From: Patescibacteria group bacterium | GTDB taxonomy: Bacteria > Patescibacteriota > UBA1384 > JBBRAU01 | DNA length: 64,000 bases | Assembly: GCA_038206475.1 (NCBI GenBank) | Contig: JBBRAU010000001.1 | Span: forward strand, 141,732 to 205,731 | Direction: 5' to 3' | In this document: positions 1 to 10,359 of the stretch, piece after piece | Layout of the letters: each line of letters starts with the position of its first letter | Numbering within the stretch: position 1 is the first letter of the stretch | The notes under the pieces: model-generated | Told to the model about the DNA's origin: nothing | Database searches by the model: none | The model's input: the letters and a program-made list of their open reading frames with translations, nothing else | Program-made: the position numbers and the translations under genes

Positions 1-150
1 ATCAAAGTCTTTGGAATGGTCGTGCATGAGAATGGGACCGCCGATGTCGCCGGGTTGGGGCCGATCATCAGCGAACAACTGACGGTTTTGCAGCAGTAGT
101 GGCGACAGAGCGGCGGCTTGCAGCAGGCGGCGGCGGGTAATGGTAGGCAT
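1..150 (-). CDS. hypothetical protein, N-terminal fragment (gene runs off the window start)
   Basis: Minus-strand ATG at 150-148 opens a frame that leaves the window: MPTITRRRLLQAAALSPLLLQNRQLFADDRPQPGDIGGPILMHDHSKDFD. The RRR-plus-hydrophobic N-terminus looks signal- or Tat-like. Too short to appear in the ORF track. Confidence 0.3.
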   Translation of the reverse strand, partial: MPTITRRRLLQAAALSPLLLQNRQLFADDRPQPGDIGGPILMHDHSKDFD

Positions 151-260
151 GAGGATCCCCTAGATTGTTCAGGTCGGCCACGCAGAGCGCAGTGGTGGCA
201 ACAGATAGCTTCAGTACAGCAGAAAGCCGCCTGGCCTGAAAGAAAGCCTACCAGTCTGAT

Positions 261-1147
261 ATGCTCCGCACCATGAGTAGGCTTGAGGCAGTATTGTCGA
301 AGCTACTGGCTTGGTACGCGGAAAACCGGCGCGATTTGCCGTGGCGCGAGACGAGTGATCCATACGCTATTTTGATCTCTGAGGTTATGTTGCAACAAAC
401 GCAGGTAGAGCGCGTGCTGCCAAAATATAGAGCTTGGCTTCGGTGCTGGCCGACATTGACTGATTTGGCGGCTGCGAGCACGGCTGATATATTGATTGCC
501 TGGCAGGGCCTTGGCTACAACCGGCGGGCGCTTAATCTGAAGCGTTTAGCTGAGACGGCCGTCGCCGAATATGGCGGCAGTTTGCCAACTGAAGTGACTG
601 CGCTCGAAGCTTTACCCGGCATTGGCGCCTATACGGCACGAGCCGTCGCAATATTTAGCCGTGCCGCGCCCGAGCTGGCCCTTGACACCAATGTTCGTCG
701 TATGCTTTGGCGGCTATTCTTTGGCCGCGATGATGTGGTACCGCCAAGTGATCAACAGATCGCCGAGAAAGTACTGCCGGCGGTACAGATGCTCAGGAGC
801 GATATACTGCACCAGACGATGATGGATTTCGGCTCGGCGGTTTGTCTGCAGCGACAACCGCGCTGCACGAGCTGCCCACTAGTGGCAGATGCCGAGCCGG
901 CCAGAGTTTTATCAAGACACCGCCAAACTGGCCAAAGCGAGGGCCCCCGCCGTTTCGCCAGAGCAACCGTTTTGTGCGCGGTCGGATTATTGATGTGCTG
1001 CGTCAGCATAGGCAGACAACGGCGGCGCTGACGGCGGCGCTGCAGGCGCAGGAGGTAAGCAGAAAGCGGCTGTTCCGGGCATTGATTGAGCTTAAGCGTG
1101 AAGGATTGGTTGTGCAGCAAAAGCAGACATGGCGACTTCCAGAATAA
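261..1147 (+). CDS. mutY: A/G-specific adenine glycosylase MutY-like (HhH-GPD plus 4Fe-4S loop), interrupted by an apparent 1-nt frameshift near 885-895
   Basis: The N-terminus (LPWRETSDPY, SEVMLQQTQV, WQGLGYNRRA) is MutY-like. HhH-GPD motif LPGIGAYTA...LDTNVRR is present. The Fe-S loop C-x6-C-x2-C is intact in frame 0, but the fourth Cys (RC in GRCRAG) and a plausible C-terminal domain (RFVRGRIIDVL...FRALIELKREGLVV) lie in the +2 frame (ORF 842..1147). Only 14 nt separate Cys3 from that Cys where C-x5-C needs 15, so one base is missing. The frame-0 tail after 890 is Arg-rich and reads as nonsense. Confidence 0.6.
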
Positions 1148-1235
1148 TTCCTGCGCGGCGACCAGATTCTTCTTTGTATATGAGCATAAATATGGTAGAT
1201 TTACACGTGAAGCAATGATGAGGCGAAAGGATGCT

Positions 1236-1721
1236 ATGTTGGAGGTCGGACAGAAAGCCCCCGGTTTTTGCCTTGATAGTTCAGACGGCACAGCTGTCTG
1301 TTTGTCTGACCTCGCTGGGCGAACTGCAGTGCTCTACTTCTATCCAAAAGATGATACGCCCGGTTGCACCACTGAGGCCTGCGCTTTTCGCGATGTCTCG
1401 GATGAGTTCACAAAGCGCGGCGCCGTTATCTACGGCGTTTCGCCGGACAGTGTTGCCTCACACGAGCGTTTCCGCGACAAATTCCAGCTACCATTTCCGC
1501 TACTCTCTGACCCAGGCAAAGCGATGCTCTCGGCTTACGGTGCCTGGCAGGAAAAGTCGATGTACGGTAGAAAATATATGGGCGTTGCACGGACAACCTA
1601 TATCATAGGTTCAGACGGCACGATTGTTGCCCTCTTTCCGAATGTCAAACCGGCAGACCACACGAAAGAGCTGCTCGGTTGGCTCGATGAATACCAAAGC
1701 AATGCAGAAAGGACAATCTAA
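1236..1721 (+). CDS. bcp: thiol peroxidase Bcp (peroxiredoxin, AhpC/TSA family)
   Basis: VGQKAPGF...VLYFYPKDDTPGCTTEACAFRD peroxiredoxin motif with CxxxxC. AAGGA sits 4-5 nt before ATG 1236. The ORF track start at 1086 overlaps mutY, and in-frame ATGs at 1215/1218 are alternatives. Confidence 0.85.
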   Translation: MLEVGQKAPGFCLDSSDGTAVCLSDLAGRTAVLYFYPKDDTPGCTTEACAFRDVSDEFTKRGAVIYGVSPDSVASHERFRDKFQLPFPLLSDPGKAMLSAYGAWQEKSMYGRKYMGVARTTYIIGSDGTIVALFPNVKPADHTKELLGWLDEYQSNAERTI

Positions 1722-1723
1722 TT

Positions 1724-3538
1724 ATGCGCGGTGGACGAACTCTTCTACTGTTTGTGGCGTTGTTTTTCCTCTTTCTCAGCATCTCGGCCTATGTCACCTC
1801 AAACCGCAGCAAACTAAAGGACGCTTCAATCAGTGACATTGCCAGCCTAACCAAGGCCGGCAAGGTTGACTCAATTCAAAATACCGATAATGAACTGCTG
1901 GTTCAGTTGAAAGACGGTAGCGCCTTGCACTCAACAATTGAGCCTAACGCCAACTTGGCTGATTATGGCATTACACCAGACAAGGTTAATATCTCGGCTA
2001 AAATTAGTCGCGAGAACCCTTATTTGTCCATTTTCTTTAATTCGCTGTTGCCGGTACTTTTGATTGGCGGCATATTGTGGTGGTCCTTTCGCCAGGCTCA
2101 GGGTTCAAATAATCGAGCAATGAGCTTTGGCTCGACCCGGGCCAAGCCTCTGGAAAACGTCGGCTCAGTCACTTTTGACAGCGTGGCCGGTCTGGTTGAG
2201 GCTAAGCAGGAGCTGCAAGAAGTCGTTGAATTTTTAAAGAATCCCGAAAAGTTTCAGAAGCTCGGCGGTGAGATTCCGAAGGGCGTACTCTTAGTCGGCC
2301 CACCGGGGACTGGTAAAACGCTCTTGGCCAAAGCTGTCGCCGGTGAAGCTGGCGCGCCGTTTTTCTCTATCTCCGCTTCGGAATTTGTTGAGATGTTCGT
2401 TGGTGTTGGTGCCAGCCGCGTGCGCGATCTGTTCATGAAGGCAAAGCGCCACAGTCCAGCTATTATTTTCATTGATGAGCTTGATGCTATTGGTCGCCAG
2501 CGCGGTACGGGTCTTGGCGGTGGCCATGATGAGCGCGAGCAAACGCTCAACCAAATTTTGGTCGAGATGGATGGCTTTGAGACCCAGGAGAATGTCATTG
2601 TTGTGGCGGCAACCAACCGACCTGACGTGTTGGACCCGGCTTTGTTGCGCCCTGGCCGTTTTGACCGCCAAGTGCAGGTTGATCTGCCGGACCGGCGTGA
2701 TCGCATCGCTATTCTCAAGGTGCACACCAAAAATAAGCCGCTGGCAGAAGGCATTGACCTGGAGTCAATTGCCCGCCAAACGGCCGGCTTCTCAGGGGCT
2801 GATTTACGTAACGTGGCTAATGAAGCGGCTATTTTTGCCGCCCGCAAAGATCAAAAAGAAATTACGCAGCACGATTTTAATCAGGCCGTTGAGAAAGAGA
2901 TGATGGGGCCTGAACGCCGTAGCCGGGTACTGTCGCAGAAAGAGAAAGAGATCACTGCCTACCATGAGGTTGGTCACGCGCTGGTTGGCCGGGTGCTGCC
3001 GAATAATGATCCGCTGCACAAAGTGACGATTGTCTCGCGCGGTCGAGCACTGGGTTTCACCTGGTCGTTGCCGACAGAGGATATCCACCTGTACGACCGC
3101 AGCCGCTTCCTGGACCAACTGGCCCAGATGCTCGGCGGTCGAGCAGCGGAGGAGATCGTTTACGGCGAAATTACGACTGGTGCTGAAGATGACTTGCGGC
3201 GGGCAACCAAGCTGGCCCGGCGTATGGTAACGGAGTTCGGCATGTCAGACAAACTCGGCCCGATTGCCTACGGCGAGCGCGAGGATACGGTCTTCCTTGG
3301 CCGCGACTTTTCGTCGCAACCAAACTACTCCGATAAAATCGCTGAGGAAATTGACAGTGAAGTACGTCGCATTATGACCGGCGCCTACCACCGGGCCAAA
3401 ATGGTGGTCTCCGAGTACCGCGATCTATTAAACCGTATCACGACGGACTTGCTGCGCGAAGAAACGCTGGAAGGCCCGGCCTTGGAAGCGTATTTTGAGG
3501 GTATGACCTTCAAACCCGTTAGCGCTCCGGCGAACTAG
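1724..3538 (+). CDS. ftsH: ATP-dependent zinc metalloprotease FtsH
   Basis: N-terminal TM, Walker [15 protein letters not shown] ([20 protein letters not shown]) and zinc motif HEVGHA. 604 aa. Confidence 0.95.
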   Translation: MRGGRTLLLFVALFFLFLSISAYVTSNRSKLKDASISDIASLTKAGKVDSIQNTDNELLVQLKDGSALHSTIEPNANLADYGITPDKVNISAKISRENPYLSIFFNSLLPVLLIGGILWWSFRQAQGSNNRAMSFGSTRAKPLENVGSVTFDSVAGLVEAKQELQEVVEFLKNPEKFQKLGGEIPKGVLLVGPPGTGKTLLAKAVAGEAGAPFFSISASEFVEMFVGVGASRVRDLFMKAKRHSPAIIFIDELDAIGRQRGTGLGGGHDEREQTLNQILVEMDGFETQENVIVVAATNRPDVLDPALLRPGRFDRQVQVDLPDRRDRIAILKVHTKNKPLAEGIDLESIARQTAGFSGADLRNVANEAAIFAARKDQKEITQHDFNQAVEKEMMGPERRSRVLSQKEKEITAYHEVGHALVGRVLPNNDPLHKVTIVSRGRALGFTWSLPTEDIHLYDRSRFLDQLAQMLGGRAAEEIVYGEITTGAEDDLRRATKLARRMVTEFGMSDKLGPIAYGEREDTVFLGRDFSSQPNYSDKIAEEIDSEVRRIMTGAYHRAKMVVSEYRDLLNRITTDLLREETLEGPALEAYFEGMTFKPVSAPAN

Positions 3539-3543
3539 CATTA

Positions 3544-5169
3544 ATGACTGAGGCAAAGCAGGGCTGGTTAACCAGTCAGAATACTCGCCGCCGCGCCGCT
3601 TTTGTTGTGGCTTTGGCTTTGGTAGGCTCCAATTTGTTGGGATTTGTCCGCAACATTTTGTTGGCTCGCCAGGTGCCATTTGCCGTGCTCGACTCCTACT
3701 ATGCTGCGTTCCGTTGGCCAGACCTCTTGTTTAACGTCATCGTACTGGGTGCTGTCGCGACCGTTTTTCAACCGATTTTCGCTGAGCTCAAGCAAAAAGA
3801 TGGCCAAGCCGCAGCCTATCGCTTTACGCGGGCACTTTTAACCTGGTTGTCGATTGGGTTGCTGGCGGCTATGGCGATTTTGTTTATGCTAATGCCCTGG
3901 TTGATGCGGGTCACTCTGCCATACTCGGGAGCATCAAGCCAAGTGCTGGCGGTCCAGTTTGGCCGCATTTTGCTGCTGTCGCCGCTCATTTTTGGCTTGG
4001 CCAACATTGTCGGTGCAGTACTCAATATGGAGCAGCGTTTTGTCGCTTACGCCTTAGCACCGATCGTCTACAATATCGCTATTATTGTCGGCGCGCTCAG
4101 TTATGGCCGGTGGGGAAACACCGGTCTGGTCGTTTCGGTTATAGTTGGTGCCCTCTGTCATCTTGGTATCCAACTGCTTGGCGCCGGTGGCTTGCCTCGT
4201 TTGCTCAAACCAAACTGGCAGTGGGCAGACGCTGAAAGTCGGCGGATTGTTGGCTTGGCCTTGCCGCGAATGCTCGGTCTGGGCTTGAACCAAATCCTCT
4301 TAATTGTCTTTACGGCGCTCGGCTCGCTAATCGGGCCAAAGTCCATCGCGATTTTTAATCTGACCAACGATTTTCAAACCACGCCAACCGTCGTGGTCGG
4401 TAACACCTTGGCCGTCATTATCTTTCCGGGCCTGACTTTGGCTTATGCTGCTCACCAGAAAGAGCAGTTTCGCTCGCTAGTCGTGCGTTCGCTAGAGCTG
4501 TTGCTGTTTCTGCTGGTGCCGGCGGCGACCGCCATGTATGTTATGCGCGCGCAACTGACGCGACTGTACTTAGCGCTTGGTAAGTCCTTAACGTGGACCG
4601 ATACAGTCCATGCCATTCAGGCGCTCGGCACCTTCTCGATCGGGGTTATTTTTGCCGGCATTGTCGTGGTGCTGTCCCGCGTACTTTATGCCCAACACGA
4701 GACGCGGCGGCCAATGACCTACACTGGCATCAGCGCTTTAATTAGTATGGCTGCGGCGTGGCTGTTTGTCGTGCCGCTGCACTGGAACGTGGCGGGCCTG
4801 GCGTTGGCCTATTCCTTGGGTCAATTTATTAATGCCGTACTGCTGTGGCTGGATATTCGCCGTCACAGTTTGCCGCCGGCGGCAGAGCGCCGCCTGCTTT
4901 CCTCAGCGCTGCCGCGCACTATTGGCACCTCGGTGGTGATGGGATTAGCCATTTGGGCCAGTTTGCGCCTGGGGGCATTGGTGTTTGGCACTGACACGGT
5001 GCTGGGACTGGCGCTGCAAACGTTTGTTGCTGTCCTGATTGGGACTGGTGTCTTTCTGCTCGCGGCGGTATTGCTGGGCAGCTCTGAACTGTCTTGGCTA
5101 TTTGAGGAGCGGGCGCAGGTCATGGTTTCGCGACCGAAAGAGCTGCCTTCACCAGAAGCAGGGATATGA
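3544..5169 (+). CDS. murJ: lipid II flippase MurJ/MviN family
   Basis: 541-aa polytopic membrane protein with an MviN-type N-terminus (LVGSNLLGFVRNILLARQ) and multiple TM helices. Its 3' end overlaps polA by 4 nt (ATGA). Confidence 0.75.
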   Translation: MTEAKQGWLTSQNTRRRAAFVVALALVGSNLLGFVRNILLARQVPFAVLDSYYAAFRWPDLLFNVIVLGAVATVFQPIFAELKQKDGQAAAYRFTRALLTWLSIGLLAAMAILFMLMPWLMRVTLPYSGASSQVLAVQFGRILLLSPLIFGLANIVGAVLNMEQRFVAYALAPIVYNIAIIVGALSYGRWGNTGLVVSVIVGALCHLGIQLLGAGGLPRLLKPNWQWADAESRRIVGLALPRMLGLGLNQILLIVFTALGSLIGPKSIAIFNLTNDFQTTPTVVVGNTLAVIIFPGLTLAYAAHQKEQFRSLVVRSLELLLFLLVPAATAMYVMRAQLTRLYLALGKSLTWTDTVHAIQALGTFSIGVIFAGIVVVLSRVLYAQHETRRPMTYTGISALISMAAAWLFVVPLHWNVAGLALAYSLGQFINAVLLWLDIRRHSLPPAAERRLLSSALPRTIGTSVVMGLAIWASLRLGALVFGTDTVLGLALQTFVAVLIGTGVFLLAAVLLGSSELSWLFEERAQVMVSRPKELPSPEAGI

Positions 5170-7901
5170 AACGGCCACTTCTCTTACTTATTGATTGTCA
5201 CGCGTTGCTGCACCGTGCTTTTCATGCCGTGCCGCCAAGCCTAAAGACCAAAAACGGCGAGCCGACCAACGCCGTTTTTGGTTTTACTTCATCGCTATTG
5301 TCGGCCATTGAAACGCTGCAGCCGACCTATATTATTGCTGCCTTTGATCCACCCGGGAAAACCTTCCGCCATGATGTTTATGCAGATTACAAAGCAACAC
5401 GGGCCAAAACGCCGGACGACTTGCGCAGCCAACTGATACTGGCGCGCGAAGTGATTGACGCACTCGGCATTCCGCGCTACGAGACGGCTGGTTTTGAAGC
5501 CGATGACGTTATCGGCACTGTCATTCACCAACTGGCTGATCAGGATGTCGAGGTTATTATTGCCACGGGCGATAAAGACGCCTTGCAGCTCTTGGCTCCG
5601 CATGTGCGCGTTTGGACGCTGCGCCAGGGGATTAAAGACACCATCTTGTACGACCTCCATATGCTGAAAGACGAGCGCAGCCTAACGCCGGCCGGCTTTA
5701 GGATGGCCAAAGCACTGCGCGGCGATCCGTCGGACAACATTCCCGGCGTGGCCGGGGTGGGTGAGAAATCAGCCAATATTGTTGCTGCCCACTTTGAGAC
5801 GCCGAAAGCGCTGGCGGCAGCCTTGGCAAACCAGTCTGAAGCTGAGCTCAAAGCGCTTGGGCTGTCGTCCGGACTGCAGACTAAGTTGCGGGAAGCCGGC
5901 TCGGTTATCGATGAGAGCTACTACTTGGTAACCATCCGCACAGACGCCCCGATTGTTGTTGAGCTGGCCAAATCCGCTTTCCAGCCGAAAGTGACGTCTG
6001 AGGTTGAGACGCTCTTTCAGGATCTCGAGTTCAGCACGCTAATGAAACGGCTGCGCGCACTTGCGCCTGAGACGGCTGATGCTGCTGCACATCGTCACAA
6101 ACTGCCACGTCAGTATGAGCTGGTCAGCGAAAAAGCCTGGCCGGCCTTAAAGCAGGCACTTGCCAGCGTGAAATTGCTAGCGGTTGATACCGAAACTGAC
6201 GCGCTTGATCCGCTGCACCAGCAGCTGGTCGGCTGCTCTCTGTCCTGGCGGGCCGGCCACGGCTACTATCTGCCATTTGGCCATGATGAGGGCGACAACC
6301 TGCCCCCAGTGATACTGACTGAGCTTGTCCTGCTGCTCAATCGGCCAGATGTGGTCAAAATTGGCCATAATATTAAGTTTGACCTTCACACCTTTGCTAA
6401 CGCCAGCTGTCCGCTGAAGCCGGCCTACTTCGACACTATGATCGCTGCTCATCTGCTCTGGCCAGACAAAGCCAACCGATCGCTCGATGAGTGCTCGTTT
6501 GTTGAGTTTGGCGAGGAGCTGCAGCCGATCAGTAGTTTAATAGGCCGCAGCGCCGGCCGTAGTACGATGGCCGAAGCGCCAATTTCAGAGGTGGCGCCGT
6601 ACGCCGCCGAAGATGCCGATTTTACCTTTCGTCTCTACGAGCGTTTCAGTCAGGGCTTACAAGAGCAAAAACTCTGGACGATGATGACCGAGCAAGAGAT
6701 GCCGGTGCTAGCTACCTTATTTGCCATGGAGCGGCGAGGCATTTGCGTAGACAAAGCGGTGCTCAATCAGCAAGCAAAAAAGCTGATGGTTGAACAGGAG
6801 GCGGTGGCTGCAGACATTCGGGCTGAGCTGGGCGAAGATCTAAACGTTAATTCGGCTGACCAGTTGGCGGCTGCGCTTTTCCAGAAATTAGAGTTACCGG
6901 ACGCGGGGTTGCGGCGCAAGGGCAAGAGAGCGTCAACTGCGGCCGCCGAGTTAGAAAAAATTCGCCATCTGCACCCGGTCGTGCCGTTCATCTTAGCCTA
7001 CCGCGAAAAGGCGAAATTGGTTTCGACCTATCTTTTGAGTCTGCCGGAGCTGATTGACGAGCGTGATGGCCGCTTGCACACCACCTACAGTCAAACGACA
7101 GCCTCGACCGGCCGTCTGGCCTCACTGAAGCCAAATTTGCAGAACATCCCGATTCGGACTGAGGCCGGCCGGGCGATTCGCACCGCCTTTGTGGCCGCTC
7201 CTGGCAAGCAACTGCTCTCGGCTGACTACTCGCAAATTGAATTGCGAATTGTCGCGCATGCTTCCGCTGACTCGGCTATGATGGCGGTTTTTCAAGAGGG
7301 CCGTGATCTGCACACCGCCACTGCCGCCGAAATTTTTGCCACTGACCTAGCTAAAGTGACGCCTGAGCAGCGGCGCATCGCCAAAGCGATTAACTTTTCA
7401 CTGATGTTTGGTATTTCAGCCTTCGGCTTGTCTGAGTACATCGGCCGGCCGCCGGCTGAAGCTGCCCAGTTTATTGACCGTTATTTTACGGTCTACGCTG
7501 GTGTCAAAAAATATATGGAGCAGATTATCGCTCAGGCTAAAGAGCGCGGCTACGCCGAAACGCTCGGCGGTTACCGACTACCAATTCCTGACTTGCAAAG
7601 CGCCCACGGCATTCGCCGAGCGGCCGCCGAGCGTCTAGCCTTGAATGTACCGATTCAAGGCACCGAGGCGGAGATATTAAAGCGGGCGATGATCGCTCTG
7701 GCGGATCTGTCGGCGACTGAGCTGTTGTTGACAGTGCATGATGAGCTCGTCTTCGAGGTGGACCTGGCAAAGCTCCCCGTAGTGGTGCCGCAGATTCGGC
7801 AGGCGATGGAGCAGACGACTCAGCTGTCGGTACCAATTGTGGCGGAGTTCAAAGTCGGCCATGATTGGGGCGACATGACCCCTTATCAAGAAAAAATGTA
7901 A
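5166..7901 (+). CDS. polA: DNA polymerase I
   Basis: 911 aa with a 5'-3' exonuclease N-terminus (LLLIDCHALLHRAFHA), a 3'-5' exo-like middle and polymerase motifs A (DYSQIELR), B (RRIAKAINFSLMFG) and C (VHDELVFE). Confidence 0.95.
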   Translation: MKRPLLLLIDCHALLHRAFHAVPPSLKTKNGEPTNAVFGFTSSLLSAIETLQPTYIIAAFDPPGKTFRHDVYADYKATRAKTPDDLRSQLILAREVIDALGIPRYETAGFEADDVIGTVIHQLADQDVEVIIATGDKDALQLLAPHVRVWTLRQGIKDTILYDLHMLKDERSLTPAGFRMAKALRGDPSDNIPGVAGVGEKSANIVAAHFETPKALAAALANQSEAELKALGLSSGLQTKLREAGSVIDESYYLVTIRTDAPIVVELAKSAFQPKVTSEVETLFQDLEFSTLMKRLRALAPETADAAAHRHKLPRQYELVSEKAWPALKQALASVKLLAVDTETDALDPLHQQLVGCSLSWRAGHGYYLPFGHDEGDNLPPVILTELVLLLNRPDVVKIGHNIKFDLHTFANASCPLKPAYFDTMIAAHLLWPDKANRSLDECSFVEFGEELQPISSLIGRSAGRSTMAEAPISEVAPYAAEDADFTFRLYERFSQGLQEQKLWTMMTEQEMPVLATLFAMERRGICVDKAVLNQQAKKLMVEQEAVAADIRAELGEDLNVNSADQLAAALFQKLELPDAGLRRKGKRASTAAAELEKIRHLHPVVPFILAYREKAKLVSTYLLSLPELIDERDGRLHTTYSQTTASTGRLASLKPNLQNIPIRTEAGRAIRTAFVAAPGKQLLSADYSQIELRIVAHASADSAMMAVFQEGRDLHTATAAEIFATDLAKVTPEQRRIAKAINFSLMFGISAFGLSEYIGRPPAEAAQFIDRYFTVYAGVKKYMEQIIAQAKERGYAETLGGYRLPIPDLQSAHGIRRAAAERLALNVPIQGTEAEILKRAMIALADLSATELLLTVHDELVFEVDLAKLPVVVPQIRQAMEQTTQLSVPIVAEFKVGHDWGDMTPYQEKM

Positions 7902-7903
7902 TC

Positions 7904-8815
7904 GTGGCGCTGAGAGTGCTACTCACCGGTGAGGACGCTTTTGCCATTCGTGAGCGGGCCGATTTTTATCTGGCTGCCTTCAAGCACAAGGTACCAGAAG
8001 GCAGCATTCGCCGTTTTGATGCCGAAGCGGTCTGGTCTACCGTTGAGGCGGCGTTGCTTTCGCAGTCGCTGTTTGCGGAAAAACAGATGATAGTGCTCGG
8101 TGAGTATCTAAAAACGCTCTCAGCCAAAGAGCAGAAGCAGTTTGCCGGGACTTTGGCCGCATTACCAGAGGAGACGTCGCTGCTGCTGCTTGAGCCTCGA
8201 GTCGGCCGGGCGAAACCAGTTGTCATGCCGGCGCGGCTGATCACTACAGAGCAGTTTGCCAAGCCAACGCCCTTGGGTCGGCAACAGTGGCTTAGGGCTG
8301 AACTCAAGGCACGCCATCTCAATTTGCCGCAGCTCGCGCCGCAGCTTTCAAAGTTAGCCGTGGAGGATCCATGGCTCGTTCGGGCAGAACTGGATAAACT
8401 GGAGATGGCTAGCCGCGCCGGCGCTAATGTGCTGGACATTGTTTCGCTGCCGCAAACCGAGAAGGTGTTTGCTATCACCCAAGCTATTGAGCGCGGTGAC
8501 GCCAAGGCGGTCAGCGCCGTGCTGACCCGATTAGAGCGGAGCACGGCAGCGCCAATCGAAGCGCTTGGCTACTTAGCTAGCTGGAGCCGCCAAGCCCTGC
8601 TGGTCAAGCAGGAGAGTAACCCAGTTGGGCTGACCATGCCGCCATTTGCCGTCGCCAAACTGAGGCAGTTTGTCAGTCGTCTGCCGAGCGCGGTAATTAC
8701 TCGTCAATTTCAAGCCGTCGTTGTTTTGGATGAACGTTTGAAGCGGGGAGAGTGGGAAGGCTGGCCATCACTAACTAGCTGGTGTCTGGCCTGGATAACA
8801 AAAATAACTGCGTAG
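7904..8815 (+). CDS. holA: DNA polymerase III delta subunit (HolA-like)
   Basis: Delta-subunit-like helical protein. The ORF-track start at 7865 lies inside polA. The first in-frame start after the polA stop (TAA 7899-7901) is GTG 7904, giving (M)ALRVLLTGEDAF. Confidence 0.6.
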   Translation: MALRVLLTGEDAFAIRERADFYLAAFKHKVPEGSIRRFDAEAVWSTVEAALLSQSLFAEKQMIVLGEYLKTLSAKEQKQFAGTLAALPEETSLLLLEPRVGRAKPVVMPARLITTEQFAKPTPLGRQQWLRAELKARHLNLPQLAPQLSKLAVEDPWLVRAELDKLEMASRAGANVLDIVSLPQTEKVFAITQAIERGDAKAVSAVLTRLERSTAAPIEALGYLASWSRQALLVKQESNPVGLTMPPFAVAKLRQFVSRLPSAVITRQFQAVVVLDERLKRGEWEGWPSLTSWCLAWITKITA

Positions 8816-8829
8816 AGACCAAAGGTAGG

Positions 8830-10317
8830 ATGGGGCAAGAACATGGGCAACCTGGCCAGTCGATCTGGCGCGATCTACACCTGGACACAGCCGGTCTGGT
8901 TTTTGCGTTGGTTGTTTTTGCAGTTTCCGCCGGTCTCTTGCACCTGCACAAACCGGCTGCTTCCGCCGATGACCTAGCTGGCCAGGCCGTCGCCGACGTA
9001 AGCGTCAATCCAACCGCTGACTTTACGATTAACGCCCGTGGCCAGCTGCTCAAAAGCGCGGCCGCAACTGGCGTTCGCGTCCACCGCTACGCCAATCGCG
9101 ATGAGCTGCGCTTTATTTGGATCAATAACCCCGGAGAGCCACTGGCTGCGGCAATCGCCGTTTTCCATTTGCCCAGCGGCGTCGCCAGCAACCTCGCCAA
9201 GCCCGAGTTAATTACACGCGCCGTATATAGTAAGGAGACGAGCGTTGTAGACGCCCAGTCGCTTAGCTTCTCGGCCGAAGGAGTTGACCCGGTTGGCACC
9301 GTCACGGTGGTGATTACACTGCCGCGCGGCAGCATCAAGCTGCCGATGTCTGCCAAGCTGTACGACGAACTAGCGGGGGAGCCGGCGCTGCTGTGGGCGG
9401 ATGTCGGGCTGTTTATTTTAACTATTGGTGTGATGATGCTCATCTGGTTGTCACGTCGTCGAATGGTCGAGTGGCAGGCGCTGCGTCGGGCCGGAGCGGT
9501 GCAAACAACGCCGCCAGCCGCCTTGCCACCCGCCGTAGTCGGCGTCTTTATTCGACAAAAGTTTACCAGCCGAGAGATCATCGCCACGCTGATTGATTTA
9601 GCTGAACGCGGCTACCTGCGTTTTAGTGAGCAGCCGAGCGGCACGACCATTGTGCCGCGCAAGCTTGATCCTGTCGGTCTTTACCCGCATGAACGTGAGG
9701 TGATGCAACTGTTGCAGTCAAGTGACCGGCTGCTCAAAGGGCTGGACCGCGACGTCTTTGAGGCTGAATCCGGCCGCCTAGTCATTGCTATTTACCGGCT
9801 GGTTGAGCGACTCGGCATTTTTGCCCGCAGTCCTCGGTGGACGCACCTGCGCTGGCGGACTGGAGGCGCTTTAATTACCCTCGGTGGTGCCGTCGGGCTG
9901 CTGTTCACCCTCCGGTTGTTCCCGGACCCACCATACATTGCCCTCTTTTGGCTGGCCGTTACGCTGATTGGGATAATTATTTTTCGTCTTGGCAGCGGCT
10001 ATACCGCCTACAGTGAAACTGGCCGCGGCGCCCTGGGCGCATGGCTGGCTTTTGGCCGCTATTTGGCTAGTCCGCAGCCGGCGACCTTAGACGAGGTGTC
10101 GTACGGCAGTTTTGTCCATTTTCTGGCCTATGCTGTGGCGCTCGGTGTCGATGAGGCGTGGCTACAGCGTTTTCGTGACCTGCCGTTTCAGTCACCAGAT
10201 TGGTATACACCGCTCCAGCCAGGTGTTACGGCCGAGCAATTCTACCAAGGCTTGATCCGACCAGCCGCGACTATCGGCGCGGCCATTAGCCAATCGGTAC
10301 TGCCAACCGTTGATTAG
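8830..10317 (+). CDS. DUF2207-type membrane protein (predicted)
   Basis: Architecture is N-terminal TM/signal, a ~200-aa extracytoplasmic region, a TM, a cytoplasmic region, then two C-terminal TMs (ITLGGAVGLLFTL, IALFWLAVTLIGIIIF). ATG 8830 is the likely start (ORF track 8782). Confidence 0.5.
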   Translation: MGQEHGQPGQSIWRDLHLDTAGLVFALVVFAVSAGLLHLHKPAASADDLAGQAVADVSVNPTADFTINARGQLLKSAAATGVRVHRYANRDELRFIWINNPGEPLAAAIAVFHLPSGVASNLAKPELITRAVYSKETSVVDAQSLSFSAEGVDPVGTVTVVITLPRGSIKLPMSAKLYDELAGEPALLWADVGLFILTIGVMMLIWLSRRRMVEWQALRRAGAVQTTPPAALPPAVVGVFIRQKFTSREIIATLIDLAERGYLRFSEQPSGTTIVPRKLDPVGLYPHEREVMQLLQSSDRLLKGLDRDVFEAESGRLVIAIYRLVERLGIFARSPRWTHLRWRTGGALITLGGAVGLLFTLRLFPDPPYIALFWLAVTLIGIIIFRLGSGYTAYSETGRGALGAWLAFGRYLASPQPATLDEVSYGSFVHFLAYAVALGVDEAWLQRFRDLPFQSPDWYTPLQPGVTAEQFYQGLIRPAATIGAAISQSVLPTVD

Positions 10318-10359
10318 CAGAGGTCATTTCAGTCAGGGAAGAATTAGGGGCATAATAAA

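Noticed and set aside
2254-3118. Several antisense or alternative-frame ORFs inside ftsH (and similar ones inside polA, pnp, dnaK and the giant gene)
   Set aside because: They are embedded in strongly supported genes, compositionally biased (Arg/Ser/Pro-rich) and without RBS. They are typical GC-rich shadow ORFs.
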